This document shows, one piece after another, positions 1 to 7,997 of a DNA stretch of 16,242 nt. The translations under genes and the position numbers were made by a program. Where the stretch lies: positions 1 to 16,242 of the forward strand of contig JBKGZT010000032.1 in the NCBI GenBank assembly GCA_046543235.1. Direction: 5' to 3'. The DNA comes from Candidatus Acetothermia bacterium (lineage in GTDB: Bacteria; Bipolaricaulota; Bipolaricaulia; M55B111). Under the pieces are notes generated by a model. That model saw only the letters and a list, made by a program, of their open reading frames with translations. It was not told the DNA's origin and searched no databases. Within the stretch, counting starts at the first letter, position 1. Each line of letters begins with the position of its first letter.

Positions 1-40
1 GAACTAGGCCACGATCGGAAGGGCCGATTTCCACCTCGGA

Positions 41-104
41 TAAACCTACCCGGTTTTGTCGAACGATTACCAAAAAACACGAAACCAAAACCGAACCAGG
101 TTTA
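41..104 (-). terminator. Imperfect inverted repeat with U-rich tract just after the cbiA stop; probable operon end
   Basis: CGGTTTTG 51-58 pairs with CAAAACCG 86-93, and TAAACCT 41-47 pairs with AGGTTTA 98-104. The minus-strand transcript reads ...GUGUUUUUUGG inside this structure. Not a canonical hairpin-plus-U-tail geometry. Confidence 0.35.
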
Positions 105-1403
105 AGCATAATCCAGAAAATCGTCAAACAATCCCGACTCCGGGTGAAAATGACCGTACGTCCCAACCGCGTTGTACCTCCTCAACCCGTCGTGGCTCCC
201 GTCGATCCCTGCTCCCCTCAAGTCGTCAAAAGCGAACTCGGCACCGGATTCTACCCGAGTCCGAGAATAGTGAAACTCGTGGCCCCGATAGCTCTCCCCC
301 GAAGAAAATAGCCCATCTCCGCTTCGGGCCCTTACCTCCACGTAACCCAGCCCCTGAAGGCTCTCGGTCATCTCGACTTCCGCGGGCAAAATCCCCGCCA
401 TCTCGTAGGTTTTTCCCTCGGTCGTCATCAGGGACCGGCTCATCGCCATCATGCCCCCACATTCTCCAAATATCGGCACGCCCTCCTCGGCCAGATCGGC
501 AAGCTGGGTCAGGGTTGGGCTTTCCTCCAATTCTCCCGGGTAGAGTTCCGGGTAGCCGCCCGGAAGATAGAAATAGTCGGCGTCCGGAACCTCCTCTCCC
601 TCCAGCGGGGAAAACGTAACCAGGTCCGCCTCGGATAACCTCTCCCTGGTCCGAGGATAGAGGAAGTTAAAGGCCTCGTCGTGGGCCATACCGATCGTTC
701 CCCCTTCACTTACTTTACCTTCTTCGCTCGCTTCGTAGGATAGGTCGGGGTCGGAGGCCGTTTCCAGCAACTTTTCGACCTCGAGGAACTTGCCGGCCTC
801 CTTCATAACGGACTCCGGGACGGGATCCTGACCGGCCATGTGTAGCCCCAGATGCCTTTCCGGTATTTCCAGCTCCTCGATATCCGGAATTCTGCCGAAG
901 TATTCCAGATCGGGAGGCAGAGCCCGAACTATTCCCCGTTCGTGCCTACCCCCGCCCGTCCTCTGAGCGACGATCCCGGCTACCTCCACGTCCGAACCGT
1001 TCACCTTCCCGTAACGGCTGAATCCAAAAGCGGTTGCAGCGACGCTTTCCATCCCGGCTTTGCCATCGATCACGAGGACAACGGGCAGGCCGAGCTTTTC
1101 AGCTATCGCCGCGGTGCTTGATTCCCTCCCGTCGTACATCCCCATCACGCCCTCCGCCACGCAGATAGTCCCTTCACCCCGGTAATAGTTTCTGGCAAGG
1201 CCTCTTTCACCCTGCATCCAGAGATCCAGGGTCCGGGAGTGCTTACCTGCAACCGAGTAATGGTGGCTTGGGTCGATGTAGTCCGGTCCGATTTTCGCCG
1301 GCTGTGGATCCTCCCCGTAATCCAGGAGACCCTTTAGCAAGGCGAGGGTAACCACTGTCTTGCCCGAGCCGGAACCGGTGCCGGCGAGAACCAGTCCTTT
1401 CAC
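102..1403 (-). CDS. cbiA: Cobyrinate a,c-diamide synthase (CbiA/CobB family)
   Basis: N-terminal P-loop GTGSGSGKT, then KIGPDYIDP, EGVMGMYDG and ERHLGL. C-terminal glutamine amidotransferase motifs LPGGYPEL, GECGG (catalytic Cys) and GHEFHYS. GTG start preceded by GGAG. Confidence 0.95.
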   Translation of the reverse strand: MKGLVLAGTGSGSGKTVVTLALLKGLLDYGEDPQPAKIGPDYIDPSHHYSVAGKHSRTLDLWMQGERGLARNYYRGEGTICVAEGVMGMYDGRESSTAAIAEKLGLPVVLVIDGKAGMESVAATAFGFSRYGKVNGSDVEVAGIVAQRTGGGRHERGIVRALPPDLEYFGRIPDIEELEIPERHLGLHMAGQDPVPESVMKEAGKFLEVEKLLETASDPDLSYEASEEGKVSEGGTIGMAHDEAFNFLYPRTRERLSEADLVTFSPLEGEEVPDADYFYLPGGYPELYPGELEESPTLTQLADLAEEGVPIFGECGGMMAMSRSLMTTEGKTYEMAGILPAEVEMTESLQGLGYVEVRARSGDGLFSSGESYRGHEFHYSRTRVESGAEFAFDDLRGAGIDGSHDGLRRYNAVGTYGHFHPESGLFDDFLDYA

Positions 1404-1417
1404 GGTACTCCGTCTCC

Positions 1418-2017
1418 CTAAAACTCGGCCTGGTTAAACACCTTCGTCACCAGCGCAACGAGGAGGGCTTTGACCAGGTCGATCCAGATGAAAGGGACTA
1501 CGCCGAGAGCCACCGTTTCCCTAAGGCCCGTATTGAGGAAGAGGGCAAGCTGTGCACTGCCGAAGAGGTAGATAGCTCCCAGCCCCGCCAGCCCGGCCGA
1601 AAATACTTTGAGGAGGCTATCAAGAGTAATTGACTCCGAGAGCCAGCCGACCAGGTAGACGGCGGGCAGAAAACCCAGGATGTAGCCTCCAGTCGGTCCG
1701 GCCAGCGCAGCAGCTCCACCGCTAAATCCGGAAAACAGGGGTAAACCGACGCCACCCAATCCGACGTAGAATAGCTGGCTTCCCAGACCCAGTTTCCTTC
1801 CAAATAAGATCCCGATAAGGAGTACGACAAACACCTGTCCAGTCACCGGCACCGGACTAAAAGGCAGAGGTAGCCTGATTTGAGCGGCAAGTCCTGTAAT
1901 TAAGGCCAGGCCGAGGCTAACCAGAGCCCCTTCTTTCAGACCGGTACCCTCTTTTAGTTCCGTGATCCGGGGAAACGTCCTTTGCTTGACCTTCGAATCT
2001 CCCCCCATAAGTTCCAT
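1418..2017 (-). CDS. bioY: BioY-family ECF S-component (biotin transporter)
   Basis: Motifs PFSPVPVTGQ, GLPLFSG, GPTGGYILGF and C-terminal PFIWIDLVK; hydrophobic throughout. ATG at 2017 preferred over GTG at 2026 because a GGGTGAT SD lies 4 nt upstream of it. Confidence 0.92.
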   Translation of the reverse strand: MELMGGDSKVKQRTFPRITELKEGTGLKEGALVSLGLALITGLAAQIRLPLPFSPVPVTGQVFVVLLIGILFGRKLGLGSQLFYVGLGGVGLPLFSGFSGGAAALAGPTGGYILGFLPAVYLVGWLSESITLDSLLKVFSAGLAGLGAIYLFGSAQLALFLNTGLRETVALGVVPFIWIDLVKALLVALVTKVFNQAEF

Positions 2018-2048
2018 ACTTATCACCCTGATTTTTAGTCTTCGGTTG

Positions 2049-2078
2049 AGTTTATCCGCACCGCTCGGCCGATTTCAA
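2049..2078 (-). promoter_or_regulatory. Putative internal sigma70 promoter for bioY-cbiA
   Basis: Minus strand TTGAAA (2078-2073), 18 nt, TAAACT (2054-2049). Same hexamers as the putative btuF promoter. Lies in the largest intergenic gap of the cluster. Confidence 0.5.
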
Positions 2079-2099
2079 TCGCGCCGGGATCCGCCCGGT

Positions 2100-3083
2100 T
2101 TACAGTTTCACAATTACCGTAAATATAACCACCAAGGAAAGCAGATAGAGGCCGATGCTCCTTTTCGCCACCCCCAGAGCTTTTTCCAGGTCTTCGGCTT
2201 CGGGTAATTCGAACTCCCCACCCAGGACGTAGACGCCACGTTTGGATAATTTTACGCCTAGCCCGCCCGCCGCGGCCCCCATCGGCCACCCGCTGTTGGG
2301 GCTAGGGGTCTCCTTCCAGTCCCGACAGGCCACCGAAAGCGCTCGAAAAGAAAAAGCAGCCAGGGAGACCAACGGGGCGGATATCCTCGCGGGAAACCAA
2401 TTCAAGACGTCGTCCAGCCGGGCCGAGAGGTAGCCGAAATCCCTGAGTTCGTCCGTCCTGTATCCCAGCATGGAATCGAGCGTATTGACGGCTTTGTAAA
2501 ATACCGCAAGACCCACTCCCGTCCCATAACCGAACAACGAGCCGAGAAAAAAATAGAACAGGGGGGCCACGAAAGAATCAACCAGGTTTTCAAACAGCGA
2601 CTCCACCGCGGCAGAACGCATTTCCCCCCGGGAAAGGTCCGACCTATTCCGCCCAACCAGGGCCAGCAGCTCCTCCCTGGCGCGTTCCGGTTCCGATTCA
2701 ACTACTTCCCCGACCGATTCCGCGGTTCCGAGGAGGCTCCTGATCGAAATCGTCGACTTGAGCAGTAAGACCGCCGGCACCAGTCCGCCGTACTTCCAGA
2801 AATACGAGGAAAGGGCGATCAGCAGGAACCCGATGCCGCCGGATAGCAGCGGAATAAAAACCCCAACCAGGGCTCCGGCAGCTCTCGTCGCTCCCCCGGA
2901 ACGAGCGAACCACTTCTTAGCGACCTCGATGGCTCGACCTATCCAGACAACCGGGTGGAAAGTCTCCGGTGGTTCCCCGGCTACGAGATCTAATAAAACG
3001 CTCCCGACCAGGACGGACAAACCGGCCGGGATCGCTCCTCCCAGGTAAAACTCCGGGCCCGGGACGAACTCCGGTATCAGCAT
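2100..3083 (-). CDS. cbiB: Adenosylcobinamide-phosphate synthase CbiB
   Basis: DLVAGEPPETFHPVVWIG, LVGRN, ESLFENLVDSFVAPLFY, YKAVNTLDSMLGY, ARLDDVLNWFPAR and SPNSGWPM motifs; membrane segments. Confidence 0.96.
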   Translation of the reverse strand: MLIPEFVPGPEFYLGGAIPAGLSVLVGSVLLDLVAGEPPETFHPVVWIGRAIEVAKKWFARSGGATRAAGALVGVFIPLLSGGIGFLLIALSSYFWKYGGLVPAVLLLKSTISIRSLLGTAESVGEVVESEPERAREELLALVGRNRSDLSRGEMRSAAVESLFENLVDSFVAPLFYFFLGSLFGYGTGVGLAVFYKAVNTLDSMLGYRTDELRDFGYLSARLDDVLNWFPARISAPLVSLAAFSFRALSVACRDWKETPSPNSGWPMGAAAGGLGVKLSKRGVYVLGGEFELPEAEDLEKALGVAKRSIGLYLLSLVVIFTVIVKL

Positions 3084-3088
3084 AGGTT

Positions 3089-4201
3089 TTAGCCGATCGC
3101 TCCCTTTAAGGACTCTACCAGCTTCCGGTTTTCCTCACGCCTTTTTACGGCCACTCTAACGTGCCACTCGTCGAGTCCGTAAAAGGAGTGGGCATTTCTA
3201 ATCAGAACCTTATGATCCAGACAGCGGTTCACCAGTTTATCCGCTCGTCGCCCTACGGGTTCGGCATCCAACAGAAGGAAGTTGGTACTGCTCGGATAAA
3301 GCGAGAACCCCAGCCCGTCGATCTCTTCCGTCAACCAGTCCCTCTCCCTGGCCAGGTACTTTCTCGACTCATGAAGCAGCTCTCTCTCCTCTTTTAAAAA
3401 CCTCCTTCCGACGAGGTCCGCGAAACGGTTTAAGTTCCAGGAAGGACGCAGCTTCTCCAGCCGGTTCGCCAGCTCTTTCGAGAACACTCCGTAACCGACC
3501 CTCAGACCCGGAATCGTAAATTCCTTCGTCAGCGATCTCACCACTCCCAGGTTGGGCCGTTCGGACACCAGCCCGGTCAGGCTTTCCCCGGGATCCGAAA
3601 GCTCGATGAACGCTTCATCCAGGACTACGAAGACCTCAGCCTCCCTGCAGCGTGCGGCAAACTCGGCAAGCCGCCGGGCGGGTCTGAGCTTCCCCGTCGG
3701 ATTATTCGGGTTACAGAGAAACACCAGGTCGTAGTCCTCAAGCTCGGACTCGCCCAGCCCGAGAACTTTCTCGTACTTCTTCCTCTCGACGTCCAGGCCG
3801 AAGAGCCGGGACTGCAGCCCGTACTCGCTGAAGGTCGGGAAGGGAATCAGGACTCTTTCCGCCCCTTCCGCAGCAAGGAGACGAAGGATCAGCCTGAAGA
3901 CCTCGACGGACCCGTTTCCCGGGATCACCGATTCCGGGCGTATTTCCATTTCCAATCGGTCAGTTAAAAAGCCAGCCACGGACTTCCGGAACTTCTCGTA
4001 CCTGTCGTCCGGATAGTGTCGCAGGGAACCGATTTCCCCGGCAATCAACTCCTCGAGTTCCTCCGGCGGAGCTAGTGGGTTGGTGTTCGCGCTAAAATCA
4101 ATCAGCTCATCGGGATCTATCCCCCGACTTTCCGAAACCTCCTCCACCCGCCCGCCGTGACGGGGAGGCAAAATTTCATCCAGGTAGCTCTCTTTTCTCA
4201 A
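3089..4201 (-). CDS. cobD: L-threonine-O-3-phosphate decarboxylase (CobD/CobC, PLP class I/II aminotransferase fold)
   Basis: HGG, DFSANTNPL, GNGS, CNPNNPTG, DEAF and RSLTKEFTIPGLRVGY (PLP Lys). Adjacent to cbiB. TTG start with GGAGG upstream; the exact start is slightly uncertain. Confidence 0.9.
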   Translation of the reverse strand: MRKESYLDEILPPRHGGRVEEVSESRGIDPDELIDFSANTNPLAPPEELEELIAGEIGSLRHYPDDRYEKFRKSVAGFLTDRLEMEIRPESVIPGNGSVEVFRLILRLLAAEGAERVLIPFPTFSEYGLQSRLFGLDVERKKYEKVLGLGESELEDYDLVFLCNPNNPTGKLRPARRLAEFAARCREAEVFVVLDEAFIELSDPGESLTGLVSERPNLGVVRSLTKEFTIPGLRVGYGVFSKELANRLEKLRPSWNLNRFADLVGRRFLKEERELLHESRKYLARERDWLTEEIDGLGFSLYPSSTNFLLLDAEPVGRRADKLVNRCLDHKVLIRNAHSFYGLDEWHVRVAVKRREENRKLVESLKGAIG

Positions 4202-4240
4202 AGAAACCTTAACCTCCCAGAGATCAAACCACGGTTAAAT

Positions 4241-4774
4241 CTATTTTATCCGCAGGGGAATGCCTGCCACCATCAGATAGACTTCATCCGCGCTTTTCGC
4301 CACGACCTGGTTCACCCGACCAAGCCCGTCCCTGAACCGCCTCCCCGCAGATGAACCTGGTATAACACCCATGCCAACGATATTAGAAACGACAACTAAG
4401 TCGTAATCACCTTCTCTCGCCGGAGCCAGCTCCTTCTCTATCCTCTCGCCCAGGAAGTCCTCCAGGTAAGGAGGGGACCGATCGTCGACTTCCCTCAGAA
4501 GGTTCGAAAGCCAGAACCCGAGGCAGTCGAGGATCACGGCACCGGAGAAAGTTTCGGAGATCCCTTCCAGGGCCTTCCTTATTTCAACCGGCTCCTCGAT
4601 CGTATCCCAATCCTCCGGCCTGTCTTCCCTGTGCCGAGATATCCGTCGTTCCATCTCCTCGTCGGTCGCGACCCCGGTCGCCAGATATATAACCTCTTCT
4701 TCGTCCCGGGCGAACTCCTCCGCCTGGCTGCTCTTTCCGCTCCTTGCTCCCCCCAGTATCAATTTCATGGTCAT
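4241..4774 (-). CDS. cobU: Bifunctional adenosylcobinamide kinase / adenosylcobinamide-phosphate guanylyltransferase
   Basis: GGARSGKS P-loop, YLAT, EMERRISRHREDRP (catalytic His region), LDCL, FRDGLGRVNQ and VAGIP. Confidence 0.95.
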   Translation of the reverse strand: MTMKLILGGARSGKSSQAEEFARDEEEVIYLATGVATDEEMERRISRHREDRPEDWDTIEEPVEIRKALEGISETFSGAVILDCLGFWLSNLLREVDDRSPPYLEDFLGERIEKELAPAREGDYDLVVVSNIVGMGVIPGSSAGRRFRDGLGRVNQVVAKSADEVYLMVAGIPLRIK

Positions 4775-4787
4775 ACCGATCGCCTCG

Positions 4788-5573
4788 TTAGAAGCCCCAC
4801 CAGGCCGGTTCCAGCAGCCCGAAATGCCAAAGGGATATCAGGAGAACCATCCCGAGAGGTCGAGCGATCTCTCCTCCCGCACCCGCGATATCTCCGTTAA
4901 CGCCGCCGATTACCCGATCACCCAACCAGACAAGAAGCAGTACCACGACAACCCCGACCAAAAGAGAAAGAAAAGCCGGGCCGGCACGGAAAGCGACCAA
5001 AACCACCGCCATTAGCCCGGTCCCAAGCCAGAAGTCGGTAGAATTTACTTTCTCCATAAACGTACTGGCCAGCCCTTCGTGCGGACTCCGCCCAAAATAG
5101 AGAAGGGCGAGCATTACTTCTTTGCTGAGGACCTCACCGGAGAGGATAATCAGAAAAACCGTAACTGGTTCACCGGCTGAAAAGAGCTCGACCAGGGCGG
5201 AAAAAAGCAACAGGTTGACGACCATGACCCCGACCAACCCGGCCACACCCGTCTTTTCGTCCTTCATGACTTTTCGTCTCTCCTCCCGTCCCCCGCCGGC
5301 AACCAGGGCATCCGCGAAGTCCGCCAGGCCGTCGGAGTGGATAACCCCACCCACCAGATAATAGCCGACCAGCCCAAGAGCGGCACCGATAAAGCCGGGG
5401 AGGTATGAGAAACCGACTCCCACGAGTCCAAGGAGGGCACCCAGCAGAACCCCCACTACGGGATAAAGGTAAGTCCGCTCGACGAACGAGGGGAAGTCCT
5501 GGTCATCGGCCCCCACCTTCAGGGTCGATTCGAAAGCCAGCCCACCTCGTAATCCTTTAAACAATTTTTTCAT
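4788..5573 (-). CDS. cobS: Adenosylcobinamide-GDP ribazoletransferase (cobamide synthase)
   Basis: HSDGLADFADAL, MKDEKTGVAG and GGVNGDIAGA motifs; multiple transmembrane segments. Confidence 0.95.
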   Translation of the reverse strand: MKKLFKGLRGGLAFESTLKVGADDQDFPSFVERTYLYPVVGVLLGALLGLVGVGFSYLPGFIGAALGLVGYYLVGGVIHSDGLADFADALVAGGGREERRKVMKDEKTGVAGLVGVMVVNLLLFSALVELFSAGEPVTVFLIILSGEVLSKEVMLALLYFGRSPHEGLASTFMEKVNSTDFWLGTGLMAVVLVAFRAGPAFLSLLVGVVVVLLLVWLGDRVIGGVNGDIAGAGGEIARPLGMVLLISLWHFGLLEPAWWGF

Positions 5574-5582
5574 TTCTTCCGG

Positions 5583-6143
5583 CTAATACTCGTACCCGGG
5601 CCTCTGAACTACGCCCTGATCGTAAAAGTGTTTGACGTTTTCTATCCTGCTCACCAGGTCCGCCTCCTCTACAAGGCGTTCCGGAGCACCCCGGCCGGTA
5701 CAGACGAGCTCCAGGTCAGCCGGTTTGGACTCGAGCAGGGATAGGAATTCCTCCTCGTCCATAAAGCCGGAGGAGAGAGCCACGTTGACCTCGTCAAGCA
5801 CAAGTAGGTCGAACTTTCTTCCTTCCGATCGGAAAAACCCCTCCAGATAATCCAGGGCTTCCCCACACCTTTTTTGCGCCGTCTCTTCGCTCGTTCTCCC
5901 GAAATCGGGGTGGTCACGCACGAAGTTCCTGACCGGCACGCCCAGCTCCCGTAAGACGGAAAAGGTGCCGCGGGAGAATTGTTCCTCGTTCCCCTTGAAG
6001 AAGCTAACGAACTTCGGTTTCAGTCCGTGTCCGACGGCCCGAATTATTTGCCCCACCGCGGAGGTGGTTTTGCCCTTTCCGTTCCCGGTATGAACCAGTA
6101 CGTAGCCGCAATCCTCCCCCGATTCTTCCCGAAAATCGTTCAT
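5583..6143 (-). CDS. cobO: ATP:cob(I)yrinate a,c-diamide adenosyltransferase (CobO/BtuR type)
   Basis: TGNGKGKTTSA, FFKG, LVLDEVN, ELVCTGR, ADLVS, KH and terminal G-x-E-Y. ATGA overlap with btuD. Confidence 0.95.
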   Translation of the reverse strand: MNDFREESGEDCGYVLVHTGNGKGKTTSAVGQIIRAVGHGLKPKFVSFFKGNEEQFSRGTFSVLRELGVPVRNFVRDHPDFGRTSEETAQKRCGEALDYLEGFFRSEGRKFDLLVLDEVNVALSSGFMDEEEFLSLLESKPADLELVCTGRGAPERLVEEADLVSRIENVKHFYDQGVVQRPGYEY

Positions 6144-6934
6144 CGTCTCGCCCCCTCGAGCTTTCCCGGTTTCGGAAATACGTGGATGGAGCCCTTCAGA
6201 TCGGAGTCCTCCACCTCTACCTCCACGTCAAACGCATTCGCGATGTTTTCCTGGGTCAGGACTTCCCGAGGACGACCGATAATTTCTATTTTGCCCTCGG
6301 AAAGCAGAGCAAGCCTATCCGCGTACTGCGCCGCCAGGTTCAGGTCGTGAATCGCGGCGACGACGGTAAGACCTTCCGCGCTCAACTCCTTTACCGTCTC
6401 CATGATCTTTACCTGATAGTTTATGTCCAGGCTCGCCGTCGGTTCGTCAAGTAACAGCAGGTCCGGCTCCTGGGCGAGCGCCAGGGCGAGAAATACCCGC
6501 TGTTTCTCGCCTCCGCTCAACTGATTTACCGGCCTGTCACAGAACTCGTCCAGATCCGTCACCTCTATGGCCCTCTCTACGGCCCGTGTGTCGACGTCCG
6601 TATGCCTCTCGAACCTGTCCAGATGGGGGAACCTACCCATCTCCACCACCTCCCGTACCGAAAAGTCAAACCCAACCCTGGTTTCCTGCTGGAGGGCTGC
6701 CACCTTCGTGGCCACCTCCTTTATCGGGAGGGCAGAGAGGTCTTCCCCGTCCAGGTATACCAGTCCGTCGTCCGGGTCCAGAACCCCGCCCAGGTTCTTC
6801 AACAAGGTCGTCTTCCCCGAACCGTTTGGCCCGACCACTCCGAGAAATTCCCCCTCCTTTATGGATAGATCCAGGTCCTTCAGGACGTCCTTTCCGTTGT
6901 AGGCAAAGCTGAGCTCGTTTATATCGACCTTCAT
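6140..6934 (-). CDS. btuD: ABC transporter ATP-binding subunit, cobalamin/siderophore family
   Basis: Walker A GPNGSGKT, signature LSGGEKQ, Walker B LLLLDEPT and HDLNLA. Corrinoid substrate inferred from gene context. Confidence 0.88.
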   Translation of the reverse strand: MKVDINELSFAYNGKDVLKDLDLSIKEGEFLGVVGPNGSGKTTLLKNLGGVLDPDDGLVYLDGEDLSALPIKEVATKVAALQQETRVGFDFSVREVVEMGRFPHLDRFERHTDVDTRAVERAIEVTDLDEFCDRPVNQLSGGEKQRVFLALALAQEPDLLLLDEPTASLDINYQVKIMETVKELSAEGLTVVAAIHDLNLAAQYADRLALLSEGKIEIIGRPREVLTQENIANAFDVEVEVEDSDLKGSIHVFPKPGKLEGARR

Positions 6935-7953
6935 CGCATTCTCCCCCCTGTAATCCTCTTCCGAAGCAGATAGATAAAGAACGGCGCGCCGAAGAACGCC
7001 GTAATGACGCCGACGGGCATCTCCACGGGTTGCATTATAGTTTTGGCCATGACGTCGGTGTAAATAAGGAAGACTCCACCCCCGAGGGCCGAAGCGGGCA
7101 ACAGTATCCTGTGGTCAGGCCCGACGATCATCCTCAAAACGTGCGGTATGACCAGACCGATGAATCCGATTGAGCCGGCAGCCGAAACGGAAACCGCGGT
7201 TATCGCGGTGGCAATTCCGAGCAGCGTCTTCTTCACGGTATCGGGTTTAACCCCGAGGTGAGCCGCGGCGTCCTCGCCAAGCGCCAGCGCGTTTAGATCA
7301 CGGCTCCAGGCACAGATAATCGCTCCCCCGACGACCACCACAGGGAATATTATCCTCAACAGCGTCCAGTTCGAGCGCCAGAGCCCTCCCATCATCCAGA
7401 AAAGGATCCTGTGCTGCTGATATGGTCCGGCTATGAATATCAGGGCCGTCGTAATTGCCGAAAAAAGCGAGGAAAGGGCAACACCGGCCAGTATGAGAGT
7501 ATATGAAGAACTCGAACCCCCGCTCCAGCTTATCCTGTAAACCAGCGTTACCGCCGTCAGCGCTCCGACCAGCGCTCCAATTGGAAGAGCGTAACTAGAC
7601 TGGCCGAGGACCACGGCCGTAGCAGCCCCGGCCGATCCGCCGCTGGCAACGCCGAGGATGTAGGGCGTCGCCAGGGGATTCCGAAATATCCCCTGCATTA
7701 CCGTCCCGGATATTGCGAGGGAACTGCCGACCAGCAAGCCCGTCAATACCCTGGGCAGCCTCAGCCCCAGGACGATTGACTGAAAGTTGGATGGTAGTCC
7801 GGAAATCTCCAGCCCGGGAAGTTTATCGGTTAGAATGAGCAGGCTTTTGTGGAAGGGGACCCTGACTGGTCCGATAGCAACACCGACCAGAAGGGCAAAA
7901 GCCAAAAGTACGAACAGGACCAGGAAAGTAACCTTGGGCCTGGCCCTATTCAT
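6931..7953 (-). CDS. btuC: ABC transporter permease, FecCD/BtuC family
   Basis: LRLPR, QGIFRNPLATPYILGVASG, LGEDAAAHLGV, IGFIGLVIPH and GAPFFIYLL. Corrinoid substrate inferred from gene context. Confidence 0.88.
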   Translation of the reverse strand: MNRARPKVTFLVLFVLLAFALLVGVAIGPVRVPFHKSLLILTDKLPGLEISGLPSNFQSIVLGLRLPRVLTGLLVGSSLAISGTVMQGIFRNPLATPYILGVASGGSAGAATAVVLGQSSYALPIGALVGALTAVTLVYRISWSGGSSSSYTLILAGVALSSLFSAITTALIFIAGPYQQHRILFWMMGGLWRSNWTLLRIIFPVVVVGGAIICAWSRDLNALALGEDAAAHLGVKPDTVKKTLLGIATAITAVSVSAAGSIGFIGLVIPHVLRMIVGPDHRILLPASALGGGVFLIYTDVMAKTIMQPVEMPVGVITAFFGAPFFIYLLRKRITGGRMR

Positions 7954-7971
7954 GACCGTAAAATATTGCGG

Positions 7972-7987
7972 GCCGGAGATCTCCGGC
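7972..7987. repeat. Perfect 16-bp palindrome between btuF and btuC
   Basis: GCCGGAGATCTCCGGC is self-complementary and lies in the 44-nt intergenic gap. Confidence 0.8.
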
Positions 7988-7997
7988 TAACCACCAG

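Noticed and set aside
102-1403. CfbB (coenzyme F430 amidotransferase) identity, given the nearby nickel enzyme
   Set aside because: The context is entirely cobamide genes, with no cfb or mcr genes.
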